Below, one piece after another: positions 42,044 through 52,138 of a stretch of 64,000 bases of DNA (its first letter is position 1; each line of letters starts with the position of its first letter). Under the pieces are notes generated by a model. The model had not been told where the DNA came from and did no database searches. It saw nothing but the letters and a program-made list of their open reading frames with translations. Origin of the DNA: Candidatus Methylomirabilota bacterium. GTDB taxonomy: Bacteria > Methylomirabilota > Methylomirabilia > Rokubacteriales > CSP1-6. Position numbers and translations under genes: made by a program. The DNA lies in contig JBKPAK010000112.1 in the NCBI GenBank assembly GCA_046726415.1, positions 2,334-66,333 of the forward strand, read 5' to 3'.

Positions 42044-43123
42044 ATGTCGGTCATCTCGCTGCGGGGGCTGACCAAGCGTTTCGGGAGTGTCGCGGCCGTG
42101 GACGATCTTCACCTCGAGGTCGGCGACGGCGAGTTGATCGCCCTCCTAGGGCCCTCGGGGTGCGGCAAGACCACGACCTTGCGCACCATCGCCGGCTTCG
42201 AGATCCCCGACGCGGGCGAGATCTACTTCGGGGAGCGGCGGGTCACCGACCTCCTACCCGAGCAGCGCAACATCGGGATGGTCTTCCAGAACTACGCGCT
42301 CTTCCCGCACATGACCGTCGAGGACAACGTGGCCTTCGGTCTCCAGATGCGCAAGACGGCCACCCGGGAGACCGGGCAACGGGTGGCCGCCGTGCTGGCC
42401 AAGGTGCAGCTCGCGGGGCTCGAGCGCCGCTATCCACGCCAGCTCTCGGGTGGACAGCAACAGCGAGCCGCCTTGGCCCGGGCGCTCGTCATCGCGCCCG
42501 ATGTCCTTCTGCTGGACGAGCCGCTGGCCAATCTCGACGCGAAGCTTCGGGAGGAGATGCGCTTCTACGTTCGGTCCCTCCAGCAGGAGGTCGGCATCAC
42601 CACGATCTACGTGACCCATGACCAGGCCGAGGCCATGGTGATCGCCGACCGCATCGCAGTCATGTTCGGTGGATACGTCCACCAGCTGGCGCCACCGAGC
42701 GACATCTACAATCGTCCGGCCACCGCGGTGACCGCGGAGTTCATCGGACTCACCAACTTCATCGAAGGGAAGGTCACTGGGGTGGAGGCTGGGTTTCTGG
42801 TGCTGGAAACCTCGATCGGCCCGCTCCGCAGCTCCGGCGAGCTGTCGGATGCCGGGACGCGTTTGATGGCCGTGCGACCGGAGGCGCTGCAGCTCTCCGC
42901 GCATTCGCCCAGCGATGCCGCACTGAACCGGCTGGGCGGCGTGGTGCGTGCGCGAGCCTTCCTTGGCAACCTGATGGACTACCGGGTGGAGGTATCGCCC
43001 GACGTGGTTCTGCGCGTGCAGGGCGATCCCCACGCGCCGTTTGCGGTGGGCGACCGGGTGCACGTGACCTTTGCCCCGGCGGCGGCGTGGTCCGTCCCCG
43101 CGCCGGACGTGCGGTCGCGATGA
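42044..43123 (+). CDS. ABC transporter ATP-binding protein, PotA-like with C-terminal TOBE domain
   Basis: [11 protein letters not shown] Walker A, LSGGQQQR signature, DEPLANLD Walker B. Confidence 0.9.
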   Translation: MSVISLRGLTKRFGSVAAVDDLHLEVGDGELIALLGPSGCGKTTTLRTIAGFEIPDAGEIYFGERRVTDLLPEQRNIGMVFQNYALFPHMTVEDNVAFGLQMRKTATRETGQRVAAVLAKVQLAGLERRYPRQLSGGQQQRAALARALVIAPDVLLLDEPLANLDAKLREEMRFYVRSLQQEVGITTIYVTHDQAEAMVIADRIAVMFGGYVHQLAPPSDIYNRPATAVTAEFIGLTNFIEGKVTGVEAGFLVLETSIGPLRSSGELSDAGTRLMAVRPEALQLSAHSPSDAALNRLGGVVRARAFLGNLMDYRVEVSPDVVLRVQGDPHAPFAVGDRVHVTFAPAAAWSVPAPDVRSR

Positions 43124-43995
43124 CCGGGCCGGCGGCCGGGGGGCGCGCGCGCCACACCCCCTGGTGGTTAGTCGTCCCCGCGCTGGCCGTGGTCGTGGTG
43201 TGCTTCGTGCTGCCTTACGCCAATCTCCTGCTCATGAGCTTCTTGGCCCCGGCCCAGGCGCAGCCCTACGATCCGGTGCCGACGCTCGGGAACTACACGG
43301 CCGCCCTGGGCGATGCGTTTCAATGGTGGATCCTCTGGCGGACCCTCAAGCTCGGCTTCCTCACCACCGTCTTCGCGCTGTTGCTCGGCTATCCCCTGGC
43401 CTGGAACCTCGCCCGGGCGAGTGGCCGGGCGAAAGGGATGCTCCTGGCGTTGCTGCTCTCACCCCTGCTGGTGGGCGTGGTCATTCGGAGCTTCGGCTGG
43501 ATGGTGCTGCTGGCCGACAACGGATTGATCAACTCGCTGCTCAGGGCCTCGGGGCTGGCTCCCCACGGCATCGCGCTCATGTACAACGAGTTCGGCGTGC
43601 TCGTCGGCACCGTGCACATCTACCTGCCGTTCATGGTGCTCTCGATCTCGGGCGCCCTGCAGACCATCGCCCCCGACCTCGAGCTGGCCGCGCGCAGCCT
43701 GGGCGCCTCGGCGACCAAGGTGTTCTGGCGCGTGGTGTTCCCGCTGTCGCTGCCCGGGGTGTTCGCCGGCTGCCTGCTCGTCTTCGTGCTCGCGGTCAGC
43801 TCGTACGTGATTCCCGTGCTCCTCGGCGGCTTCAAGGTCATCACCACTCCGCTGCTCGTCGTGCAGACGGCCATCGACGTCAACAACTGGCCGGGGGCCG
43901 CCGCCCAGGCCGTCGTCCTCTTCGCCGCCTCGCTCCTCTGCATCGGCGTCTATGTCAAGCTGATGAGCCGTGCCATGCGCGGGCTGGCCGCATGA
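43120..43995 (+). CDS. ABC transporter permease, PotB-like
   Basis: ATG 43120 overlaps potA-like stop (ATGA); 6 TM, EAA-like loop ELAARSLGAS. Confidence 0.85.
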   Translation: MTGPAAGGRARHTPWWLVVPALAVVVVCFVLPYANLLLMSFLAPAQAQPYDPVPTLGNYTAALGDAFQWWILWRTLKLGFLTTVFALLLGYPLAWNLARASGRAKGMLLALLLSPLLVGVVIRSFGWMVLLADNGLINSLLRASGLAPHGIALMYNEFGVLVGTVHIYLPFMVLSISGALQTIAPDLELAARSLGASATKVFWRVVFPLSLPGVFAGCLLVFVLAVSSYVIPVLLGGFKVITTPLLVVQTAIDVNNWPGAAAQAVVLFAASLLCIGVYVKLMSRAMRGLAA

Positions 43996-44798
43996 GGCGG
44001 AGGGGTCCGGGACGCTATGGGTTCGTGGGCCTCGTGGTGCTGCTCTACGTGTTCCTCCTCGCGCCCATCGCCATCGTCGTTATCGCCAGCCTGAACGCCG
44101 GCCGCTTCCTCGTCTTCCCGCCCGAGGGACTGTCGCTGCAGTGGTACGCGAAGTTCCTGAACAGCGGCCCCTTCGTGCGGTCGTTCCTGTTCAGCGTCCG
44201 TCTGGCCGTCGTCGTCACACTCATCACCACCATCATCGGGACCGCCGCCGCGCTCTACGTGGTTCGCCACGCGCGGGACAGCCAAGGGCTGCGCATGCTG
44301 CTGGTGGCGCCGCTGCAGCTTCCCGGGATCATGACGGCCCTGGCCCTCCTGATCTTCTACTACGGTGTCGGGCTGGGCGGGACGAGCTATCTCGGGCTCC
44401 TGATGGGGCACGTGGTGGTGTGCACGCCATACGTGTTTCTCACCGTATCCGCCGTCCTCTACAACTTCGACCGGTCTCTGGAGGAGGCCGCCCGGAGTCT
44501 CGGGGCCAGCGGCTTCACCACGTTCCGGCGGGTAACCCTGCCTATCATCAAAGGCGGGGTCATCTCGGGCGCTGTGTTCGCCTTCATCACCTCGTTCGAT
44601 CAGTTTCCCATTTCGCTGCTCCTGAGTGGGGTCGGAACCACGACCCTGCCCATCCAGGTCTTCGACTACCTGCGCTTCTCGTTCGATCCGACGGCCGCCG
44701 CGGTGGGCACAGTGAATATCCTCATCACCCTCGCGGTCGTGGTGTTAACGGAGCGACTGGTGGGCCTGGAATCGCTCTACTGGGGAGGACGACAATGA
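43992..44798 (+). CDS. ABC transporter permease, PotC-like
   Basis: ATG 43992 overlaps previous stop (ATGA); EAARSLGASGFTTF EAA loop. Confidence 0.85.
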   Translation: MRRRGPGRYGFVGLVVLLYVFLLAPIAIVVIASLNAGRFLVFPPEGLSLQWYAKFLNSGPFVRSFLFSVRLAVVVTLITTIIGTAAALYVVRHARDSQGLRMLLVAPLQLPGIMTALALLIFYYGVGLGGTSYLGLLMGHVVVCTPYVFLTVSAVLYNFDRSLEEAARSLGASGFTTFRRVTLPIIKGGVISGAVFAFITSFDQFPISLLLSGVGTTTLPIQVFDYLRFSFDPTAAAVGTVNILITLAVVVLTERLVGLESLYWGGRQ

Positions 44799-44817
44799 GC
44801 CACCCGGAGGTCTTCGA

Positions 44818-47800
44818 ATGACTGCTCGCCAGGCCGGGCGATATCGCGTTGGCATCGACATCGGAGGCACCTTCACCGACTTCGTTCTCTTCGACGAGGA
44901 GCGCGGCCGGCTCACCATCCACAAGTGCCTCACCACCCCCAAGGATCCGGCGGCCGGCGCGCTGGAGGGGCTCGAGGAACTCCTGCGGGCCGCCGCCCTG
45001 CGGTTCGACGACATCGGCCACCTGGTCCACGGCACCACCCTCGTCACGAATGCCATCATCGAGCGGAGCGGGGCTCCGATGGGACTCCTCACCACCCGGG
45101 GCTTCCGGGATACCCTGGAGATGGGCGTCGAGCAGCGCTACGACATCTACGACCTCTTCCTGCGCTTCCCCGAGCCGCTGGCCCCGCGTCAGTGGCGGCG
45201 CGAGATCGACGAGCGCATCAGCCGTGATGGCGACGTCATCGTGCCTCTCGATGTCGGGCAGGTCTTCCACGAGGTCGCCGACCTCGTGGCCCAGGGCGTG
45301 GAAGCCATCGCCGTCTGCTTCCTGCATTCGTACAAGAATCCAGTGCACGAGCGCGCGACACGCGAGGCGATCCGGCGCGACTTCCCGGCCCTCGCCGTGT
45401 CGCTGTCCTCGGAGGTGGTGCCCGAGTTGCGCGAGTACGAGCGCGGGACTACAGCCACGGCCAATGCGTACGTGCAGCCCCTTATGGACCGCTACGTGGC
45501 GCGCCTGGAGGAAGCTCTGGCCGAACGCGGCTTCCGCGGGCGCTTCCACCTGATGCAGTCCTCCGGCGGCATGGCGTCACCGGCCACGGCGCGCGCCTTT
45601 CCCATCCGCCTGCTCGAATCGGGCCCGGCCGGGGGCGGCTTGGCCACCGCATTTTTCGGGCGGCTGGCCGGCTACGCGGATGTCATCTCTTTCGACATGG
45701 GGGGCACCACGGCCAAGGCGTGCCTCATCCAGCAGGGGCGGCCCGACATCGCGCCCATGATGGAGGCGGCACGGGTGCACCGGTTCAAGCGGGGCAGCGG
45801 CCTGCCCATCAAGGCGCCGGTCATCGACATGATCGAGATCGGGGCGGGCGGTGGCAGCACCGCGCGCGTCGATCCGCTGGGGCTGCTGAAGGTCGGACCT
45901 CACAGCGCGGGAGCCGATCCGGGACCCGCCTGCTACGGGCTCGGTGGCAAGGCGCCGACGGTCACCGATGCCAATCTGATGCTCGGGTACCTGGACGCCG
46001 ACTTCTTCTTGGGCGGGCGCATGCGGCTCGACACAAGGGCGGCCGAGGCAGCCATGGCCACGGTGGCGGAACCACTCAACTTGAGCCCGCTCGAGGCCGC
46101 GTGGGGCGTCTACACCATCGTCTGCGAGAATATGGCCGCGGCGGCGCGCGTGCACATCGTGGAGAAGGGACGGGACCCGCGGCGCTACGCCATGGTGGGC
46201 TTCGGCGGGGCTGGCCCGGCCCACGCGGCGCGGGTGGCGCGCATCCTGGGGGTGCGGGAGGTCATCGTTCCGCCGGCCTCGGGCGCCGCCTCCGCGCTGG
46301 GCTTCCTCGTGGCGCCCATCGCCTTCGAGCTGGTGAGGTCGCTGCCCGGGGTCCTCGAGGAGCTGGACCTCGACGCCGCCAATAGTCTTCTGGACGACCT
46401 CGAGGCCCGTGGACGGGCGCTGCTCCGCGAGGCCGGTGTGGCGGCGGAGGACGTGACGGTCACCCGGCGGGCCGAAATGCGGCTGCTCGGGCAGGTGCAC
46501 GACATCACCGTCGCGTTGCCGGCCGAGCCGCTCTCCCCCTCGACGCTCGACGAGGTGAAGGCCGCCTTCGAGGACGAGTATCAGCGTCTCTACACACACG
46601 TCTACACGGGCACCGTCATCCAGGCCATCAGCTGGCGAGTGCGGTGCGCGGGACCAGCCCCGTCGATCAGCGTCGAAGACCGGGGAGCGACAGTGGCGGG
46701 GCGCCCCGCTCTCAAGGGACACCGGCGGGCCTACTTCGGCGATGCTGGTGGCTGGGCCGACACACCGATCTACGACCGCTACGCGCTCTCACCCGGGCAG
46801 GCTCTCGCCGGCCCGGCGATCGTGGAAGAGCGGGAGTCGACCACCCTGGTGCCACCGGGCGATCGCCTGGAGGTCGACGCTCGGGGGAACCTCCGCATCC
46901 ACGTCAGCCAGGACAGTTCGCTCGAGCCCTTGGTCCCTCGCGGCCTGCCACTGGCCGAGGCGGTGGTGCGCCTCACGGCCGATCCCATCGGCCTGGAGAT
47001 CATGTGGAGCCGGCTCATCAACCTCGTGGAAGAATGCTGGCTCACCGTATGGCGAACGGCGTTCTCGCTGATCATCGGGGAGGCCCAGGATTTTGCGTGC
47101 GAGATCCTGGACGCGTCTGGCAACTCGCTGGCCCACTCGCCGCGCGCCATGCCCGTCTTCAATCTCACGCTGCCCCGCGCGGTGCGCGCGATGCTCGAGA
47201 GGTTCCCGGTGGAAACCCTGCGGCCCGGCGACATCCTCACCACCAACGATCCGTGGATGTGCGCGGGGCATCTGTTCGACATCGCCATCGTGACCCCGGT
47301 GTTCCGCGAGGGGCGCGTGGTGGCCCTGATCGGGACTATCGGCCATGTGGCCGACATCGGGGGAACCCGGGACAGCCTGAACGCACGGGAGATCTACGAG
47401 GAAGGCTTCCAGATCCCGCCCATGAAGCTGTTCCGGGCCGGGGTGCCCAACGAGGATCTGATGGCGCTCCTGGCCGAGAACGTCCGCAAAAGCGAGCAGG
47501 TGCTGGGCGACATCCACGCCATGATCTCCGCCAACGCCTCCGGGGCCCAGCGCCTCCTCGACTTCATGGAGGAGTACGGGCTGCACGATCTCGAAGCGCT
47601 CGCCACCGTCATCCAGGACCGGTCAGAGGCTGCCATGCGGGAGGCCATCCGCCGGCTGCCCGACGGCGCCTACGAAAGTGAGATCTGGAACGATGGCATG
47701 GGAACGCCCGAGCGGTATCGCGTGAGGGTCGTCGTGCGCGGCGACGAGATCGACGTCGACTTCCCCGAGGCGCCGCCGCAGACCGCGCGCGGTGGCTCGA

Positions 47801-48699
47801 ACTGCACGTTCGGCTACGCCGCGGCGCACACCGTGTACCCGCTGAAGTGCATGCTGTCGCCGGCCGTGCCCAGCAACGCCGGCTCGTATCGCCCGCTTCG
47901 GGTGAGTGCCCCCGAGGGCAGCATCCTCAACTGCACCAAGCCGGCCGCCGTCAACACGCGCGTCCGCACCGGCTGGTACATCGCGCCGAATCTGTTCCGG
48001 GCCCTCAGCCCGGCCGCCCCCGAGGCAGTACAGGCGTTCACTGGCCTGCCGGCGTCGGTCACGTTCTACGGAGTGGGGCCTGACGGGCGATTCTTCAACG
48101 ACCATCTCTTCCAAGGTGGAGGGCAGGGTGCGTCTGCACAGGGTGACGGGAAGTCCGGGCTGCTCTGGCCGACCAGTGCCGGGAACACCTCGATCGAGTT
48201 GTTCGAGACGCGAACTCCGGTCCTCGTGCTCGAGAAGAACTTTTTGATCGATAGCGGCGGACCGGGTCGTCACCGCGGGGGGCTCGGCCAGGTGGTCCGA
48301 GTGCGCAAGCTCCTCGACGATGGCCGCCCCGTGCTAGCCGGCCTTCATCCCGACGGTGTCCTCACTCGCACCGGGGGGCTGTTCGGCGGCCAGGCGGGAG
48401 GTCCGGTGCGCGGCGTCACCCGCCACGCCGCAGGGGACGTCGAGGATCACGGCATCGGCGGGCTCCTGAGCCTGGCCGGCCGCGACGAGATCCTCGAGGT
48501 GCAACTCGGGGGCGGGGCGGGCTACGGCAATCCGTTCGAACGGCCCCTCGACGTGGTGCAGCGGGACCTGGACGGCGGCTATATCAGCCGGGCCGGCGCC
48601 GAGCGCGACTACGGCTGCCTCGTCGATGCGCACGGACGTATCGACAGGGAAGCGACGGCAGCCCCGCGCACCAGGAAGGCGCTCGGCACCCGCGACTGA
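44818..48699 (+). CDS. second fused hydantoinase/oxoprolinase HyuA-HyuB paralog (1293 aa)
   Basis: MTARQAGRYRVGIDIGGTFTDFVLFDE... HyuA; HyuB half from DPIGLEIMWSRLINLVEE...; 20 nt downstream of the Pot-like permease, same strand. Confidence 0.9.
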   Translation: MTARQAGRYRVGIDIGGTFTDFVLFDEERGRLTIHKCLTTPKDPAAGALEGLEELLRAAALRFDDIGHLVHGTTLVTNAIIERSGAPMGLLTTRGFRDTLEMGVEQRYDIYDLFLRFPEPLAPRQWRREIDERISRDGDVIVPLDVGQVFHEVADLVAQGVEAIAVCFLHSYKNPVHERATREAIRRDFPALAVSLSSEVVPELREYERGTTATANAYVQPLMDRYVARLEEALAERGFRGRFHLMQSSGGMASPATARAFPIRLLESGPAGGGLATAFFGRLAGYADVISFDMGGTTAKACLIQQGRPDIAPMMEAARVHRFKRGSGLPIKAPVIDMIEIGAGGGSTARVDPLGLLKVGPHSAGADPGPACYGLGGKAPTVTDANLMLGYLDADFFLGGRMRLDTRAAEAAMATVAEPLNLSPLEAAWGVYTIVCENMAAAARVHIVEKGRDPRRYAMVGFGGAGPAHAARVARILGVREVIVPPASGAASALGFLVAPIAFELVRSLPGVLEELDLDAANSLLDDLEARGRALLREAGVAAEDVTVTRRAEMRLLGQVHDITVALPAEPLSPSTLDEVKAAFEDEYQRLYTHVYTGTVIQAISWRVRCAGPAPSISVEDRGATVAGRPALKGHRRAYFGDAGGWADTPIYDRYALSPGQALAGPAIVEERESTTLVPPGDRLEVDARGNLRIHVSQDSSLEPLVPRGLPLAEAVVRLTADPIGLEIMWSRLINLVEECWLTVWRTAFSLIIGEAQDFACEILDASGNSLAHSPRAMPVFNLTLPRAVRAMLERFPVETLRPGDILTTNDPWMCAGHLFDIAIVTPVFREGRVVALIGTIGHVADIGGTRDSLNAREIYEEGFQIPPMKLFRAGVPNEDLMALLAENVRKSEQVLGDIHAMISANASGAQRLLDFMEEYGLHDLEALATVIQDRSEAAMREAIRRLPDGAYESEIWNDGMGTPERYRVRVVVRGDEIDVDFPEAPPQTARGGSNCTFGYAAAHTVYPLKCMLSPAVPSNAGSYRPLRVSAPEGSILNCTKPAAVNTRVRTGWYIAPNLFRALSPAAPEAVQAFTGLPASVTFYGVGPDGRFFNDHLFQGGGQGASAQGDGKSGLLWPTSAGNTSIELFETRTPVLVLEKNFLIDSGGPGRHRGGLGQVVRVRKLLDDGRPVLAGLHPDGVLTRTGGLFGGQAGGPVRGVTRHAAGDVEDHGIGGLLSLAGRDEILEVQLGGGAGYGNPFERPLDVVQRDLDGGYISRAGAERDYGCLVDAHGRIDREATAAPRTRKALGTRD

Positions 48700-48730
48700 G
48701 AGTCCGCCCTCGAGGATCGAGCGCCTCCTC

Positions 48731-49243
48731 TCACCCGCCGTACTCCTTGAGACGCCGGCAGATCGTGCGGCGTGAGATTCCCAGCGCCTGGGCGGCGGCG
48801 TCCTTGTCGTCGTTGAATACCGTGAGCGCCTTCATGATCAGCTCTCGCTCGACCTTCTCCAGCTTGGGCACGGACGCCATGTCGGTGACGGCGACGATCG
48901 GCCTCCGGCCAAGCGCCGGAAGGTCGCTCACGGTGATATGGTCCTGCGCGCCCATGGCAAACGCCCTCTCGATGATGTTCTCGAGCTCCCGCACATTGCC
49001 CGGGAAGTCGTGTGCCATGAGCGCGGTCAAGGCCTCCGGCCCGATGCCGCGAGCGTTGCGCCGGAGCTTGGCGTTGAGGCGTCTGACGTCGATGAGCGCC
49101 GCATCGAACAGCTCGGTGCGGAGCGCCTCGGCCGCCTCGCTTCCGGTACATGGACAGCGGACCTCGTAACCCCACTTCACGAGGGCGTCGCGCAGGAGAT
49201 GGAGTAGTGCTGGCTCGTCATCGACGACCAGAATATTGGCCAT
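48731..49243 (-). CDS. internally deleted NtrC-family (sigma-54 activator) response-regulator remnant: partial receiver + last helix of AAA+ domain + Fis-type HTH (170 aa)
   Basis: MANILVVDDEPALLHLLRDALVKWGYEV...FDAALIDV (receiver up to the phospho-acceptor Asp, about residue 52) joins directly to ...ALMAHDFPGNVRELENIIERA (C-terminal motif of sigma-54 AAA+ domains) and the HTH_8 segment LEKVERELIMKALTVFNDDKDAAAQALGISRRTICRRLKEYG; Walker A/B and GAFTGA are absent. Confidence 0.6.
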   Translation of the reverse strand: MANILVVDDEPALLHLLRDALVKWGYEVRCPCTGSEAAEALRTELFDAALIDVRRLNAKLRRNARGIGPEALTALMAHDFPGNVRELENIIERAFAMGAQDHITVSDLPALGRRPIVAVTDMASVPKLEKVERELIMKALTVFNDDKDAAAQALGISRRTICRRLKEYGG

Positions 49244-49362
49244 GAGCTCCCCTTGAATTGCGGCCGGTGCCAGAGTGGCAGGTCTGGCCGGGCGCCAGGT
49301 TGCTCTTTGGGGGTCGGCATGTTAGCGTCAAAACTTGATCCTTCACGGAGGGAGTCGCCCCA

Positions 49363-49692
49363 ATGGCTGATGTGTCCGCCATCCATCTGACCGAGCAAAC
49401 GTTTGACGAAACCCTGTCAATCCACGAGGGAACTTTGCTGGTGGACTTCTGGGCGGAATGGTGCGGCCCATGTCGGGCGATTGCGCCAATCCTCGACGCT
49501 CTGGTCAAGGAGTCAGGCGGAGGGGTGGGGCTTGCCAAGGTCAATGTGGATGAAAACCCCGGATTGGCCGCCCGGTACGGGATTCGCTCAATCCCGACCA
49601 TCCTGTTCGTGAAGCAGGGGAAGGTCGTCGATCAGGTGATCGGCGCGGTTCCCAAGACGAGAATCAAAGAGAAGCTGGACGCGCTGGCCTAG
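49363..49692 (+). CDS. trxA: thioredoxin
   Basis: WCGPC active site, 109 aa. Confidence 0.93.
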   Translation: MADVSAIHLTEQTFDETLSIHEGTLLVDFWAEWCGPCRAIAPILDALVKESGGGVGLAKVNVDENPGLAARYGIRSIPTILFVKQGKVVDQVIGAVPKTRIKEKLDALA

Positions 49693-49865
49693 TCCCTGCG
49701 CGGGGCGAGCCTCCATTAGTCCTGACGACGTAGGATCCCCGCCCTCTCCGAGACCTGCGAGGAGCTCTCGTCCCTCGCCGACCCGGGCCACTTCCGCCCG
49801 CTCGCGCGATGAGTGTCGGCGGCCCTGACCGCGAGTCGCTCGACGTTCCCAAGGCTGGCCCCTCC

Positions 49866-50876
49866 ATGACGAAGGGACCGGTGCAGGAACTGGCCCTCAT
49901 TCGAGCGATCCGGGATCGCACCCCTGAACGAGGCGACATCCGGGTGGGCATCGGGGACGACTGCGCTGTTCTGCAGCCCGAGCCAGAAACTCCTCTCCTG
50001 GTCACCACCGACCTCCTCCTCGAGGAGGTGCACTTTCGCCGGGTCTACGCGACGCCCGCAGATATTGGCTGGAAGGCGTTGGCCGTGAATCTATCGGACG
50101 TCGCCGCCATGGGGGGTCGGCCCCGTTGGGCCTTGGTGGCCCTCGCCTGTCCGGCGTCCACGGAGACCGGCGAAGTCGAGGCCTTCTACGAGGCCGCCTG
50201 GGCGTTGGCCGGGGAACATGGGGTGGTCATCGTGGGCGGAGACACCTCGGCCTCCCCGGGTGGCTGGATCGTCAACGTCACGCTGTTGGGTGACAGCAGG
50301 CATCCTCCGCTGCTGCGGGCCGGGGCGCGCGTTGGAGATGTCGTGGCGGTGACCGGCGCCCTCGGTCGCTCCGCCGCAGGGCTGGCGCTGCTCACCGCGG
50401 GGTCGATTCCACCTGGCCTTTCGCCAAGCGACGTCGACGACGTGAGGGGGGCCCACCTGCGGCCTCTTCCGCGTCTGCGCGAGGGGCAGTGGCTGGCCGC
50501 GGCGGGAGGAGTCACCGCGATGATCGATCTCTCGGACGGCTTGGTGACGGACATCGGGCACATCGCGGCGGAGAGCGCAGCCGGGGCGCGCATCGACGTG
50601 GACCAGATCCCAGTGAGCGGGGCCACCCGAAGAGTGGCGGCCGCCTGTGGAGCCGACGCGCTCCGATGGGCCACCAGTGGCGGGGAGGACTACGAGCTTC
50701 TGCTCACCTGCGACCCCCACGCCTGGGAGCGGCTTCGGCGTGGCCTCGAAGAAGTGACGGGCCGCCCCCTGTACCCCATCGGCGAGATCGTGGCGGCGCC
50801 GCGCGGCGTGTCCTTCCTCGACTCTGCCGGAACTCCGGTGGGCCTGGCGCGCGGTTTCGAGCACTTCGTCACGTGA
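49866..50876 (+). CDS. thiL: thiamine-monophosphate kinase
   Basis: AIR-synthase-related fold: ELALIRAIRDR..., GDDCAVL, LVTTDLLLEEVHF, GGDTSASPGGWIVNVTLLG; start trimmed to ATG 49866. Confidence 0.88.
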   Translation: MTKGPVQELALIRAIRDRTPERGDIRVGIGDDCAVLQPEPETPLLVTTDLLLEEVHFRRVYATPADIGWKALAVNLSDVAAMGGRPRWALVALACPASTETGEVEAFYEAAWALAGEHGVVIVGGDTSASPGGWIVNVTLLGDSRHPPLLRAGARVGDVVAVTGALGRSAAGLALLTAGSIPPGLSPSDVDDVRGAHLRPLPRLREGQWLAAAGGVTAMIDLSDGLVTDIGHIAAESAAGARIDVDQIPVSGATRRVAAACGADALRWATSGGEDYELLLTCDPHAWERLRRGLEEVTGRPLYPIGEIVAAPRGVSFLDSAGTPVGLARGFEHFVT

Positions 50877-52138
50877 CCCTCAAGCTCCTGGCGCTGGCCT
50901 TTCTCGTGATCTGCTCGGCGCTGCTCACCGGCGCCGAGGCCGCCTATTTTTCGCTCGGGCGAAATCGCCTCAAGCGGCTGACCCATGGCGCGGGGGGGAC
51001 CGCGGACAGCCCCTTGATCGAGCGCCCGCACGAGCTGCTGGTGACGCTCTTGGTGGGCATCACCCTCGTCAACATCGGCGCGGCGGCCATCGCCACCACC
51101 GTGGCCGTCGAGCTCTTCGGCGAGCAATTCGGCTTCGCCGTCGAGATGATCGCGATGATCGTCGTCCTCACCACCTTCGGCGAAGTGCTGCCCATGACCA
51201 TCGCCGTCAAGCATCCCGAAATGTTCCTGGCCGTGGTACGGCGCCCGGTGGCATGGCTGGGCAAACTTCTGACCCCGGTGCGGGTCGCCCTCGGCGCCCT
51301 CACCGTCGTCACCCTCCGCCTGATGGGGAGCGCGGATCAGGTTCGTCGGCCCGAGCTCACCGAGGAGGAATTGCGGGCGCTCGTGGACGTCGGCGCCAGC
51401 GAGGGGGTCGTCGAGCGGGGCGAGCGAGAGATGATCCACAAGGTATTCCAGCTGGAAGACACGCAGGTGCGTTCGGTCATGGTCCCGCGCACCGACATGT
51501 TTTGTCTCGATGTCACCACGCCGCGCGAGCAGATCCTTCCCGCCCTGCGCGAGGAGCTCCATTCGCGAGTGCCGGTTTACGAAGGCTCGATCGACGTGAT
51601 CGTCGGCGTTCTCTATACCAAGGATCTCCTCCCCTTCGTGGGGGGAGGACTGCCCCGGGACTTCGACCTGCGCGCGCATCTCCATCCGCCGTACTTCGTG
51701 CCGGAGTCCAAGCGCGCGGACCAGCTCCTGCAGGAGTTCCAGGCCAAGCGGCTGCACCTGGCCATCGTGGTGGACGAGTTCGGCGGCACCGCCGGCCTGG
51801 TGGCCCTGGAAGATCTCCTCGAGGAGCTGGTGGGGGAGATTGCCGACGAGTACGACGAGCCCGAGCGCCTGGTCCAACGGCTCGACGCCAAGACGTACCG
51901 GGTGGCCGGCAAGCTTCCCATCGATGAGTTGCGCGCGCTCACTGGCCTCGCCGTCAACGACGAGGATTACGAGACCGTGGGTGGATGGGTTCTCGACCTC
52001 TTCGGGCGCGTGCCCCACAAGGCCGAGCGCCTGGAAACGGCGGATTTCGTGGTGACGGTGGAGAAGGTGGAGCGCACGCGGGTGGTCGAGGTGTTGGTTG
52101 CACTGCGCAAGCCCGCCCCCGGGGAAGCCGCGGCCTAA
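50873..52138 (+). CDS. CNNM/CorC-family transporter (DUF21 - CBS pair - CorC_HlyC)
   Basis: N-terminal DUF21 TM domain, two CBS motifs, C-terminal transporter-associated domain; GTG start overlaps thiL stop (GTGA). Confidence 0.85.
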   Translation: MTLKLLALAFLVICSALLTGAEAAYFSLGRNRLKRLTHGAGGTADSPLIERPHELLVTLLVGITLVNIGAAAIATTVAVELFGEQFGFAVEMIAMIVVLTTFGEVLPMTIAVKHPEMFLAVVRRPVAWLGKLLTPVRVALGALTVVTLRLMGSADQVRRPELTEEELRALVDVGASEGVVERGEREMIHKVFQLEDTQVRSVMVPRTDMFCLDVTTPREQILPALREELHSRVPVYEGSIDVIVGVLYTKDLLPFVGGGLPRDFDLRAHLHPPYFVPESKRADQLLQEFQAKRLHLAIVVDEFGGTAGLVALEDLLEELVGEIADEYDEPERLVQRLDAKTYRVAGKLPIDELRALTGLAVNDEDYETVGGWVLDLFGRVPHKAERLETADFVVTVEKVERTRVVEVLVALRKPAPGEAAA

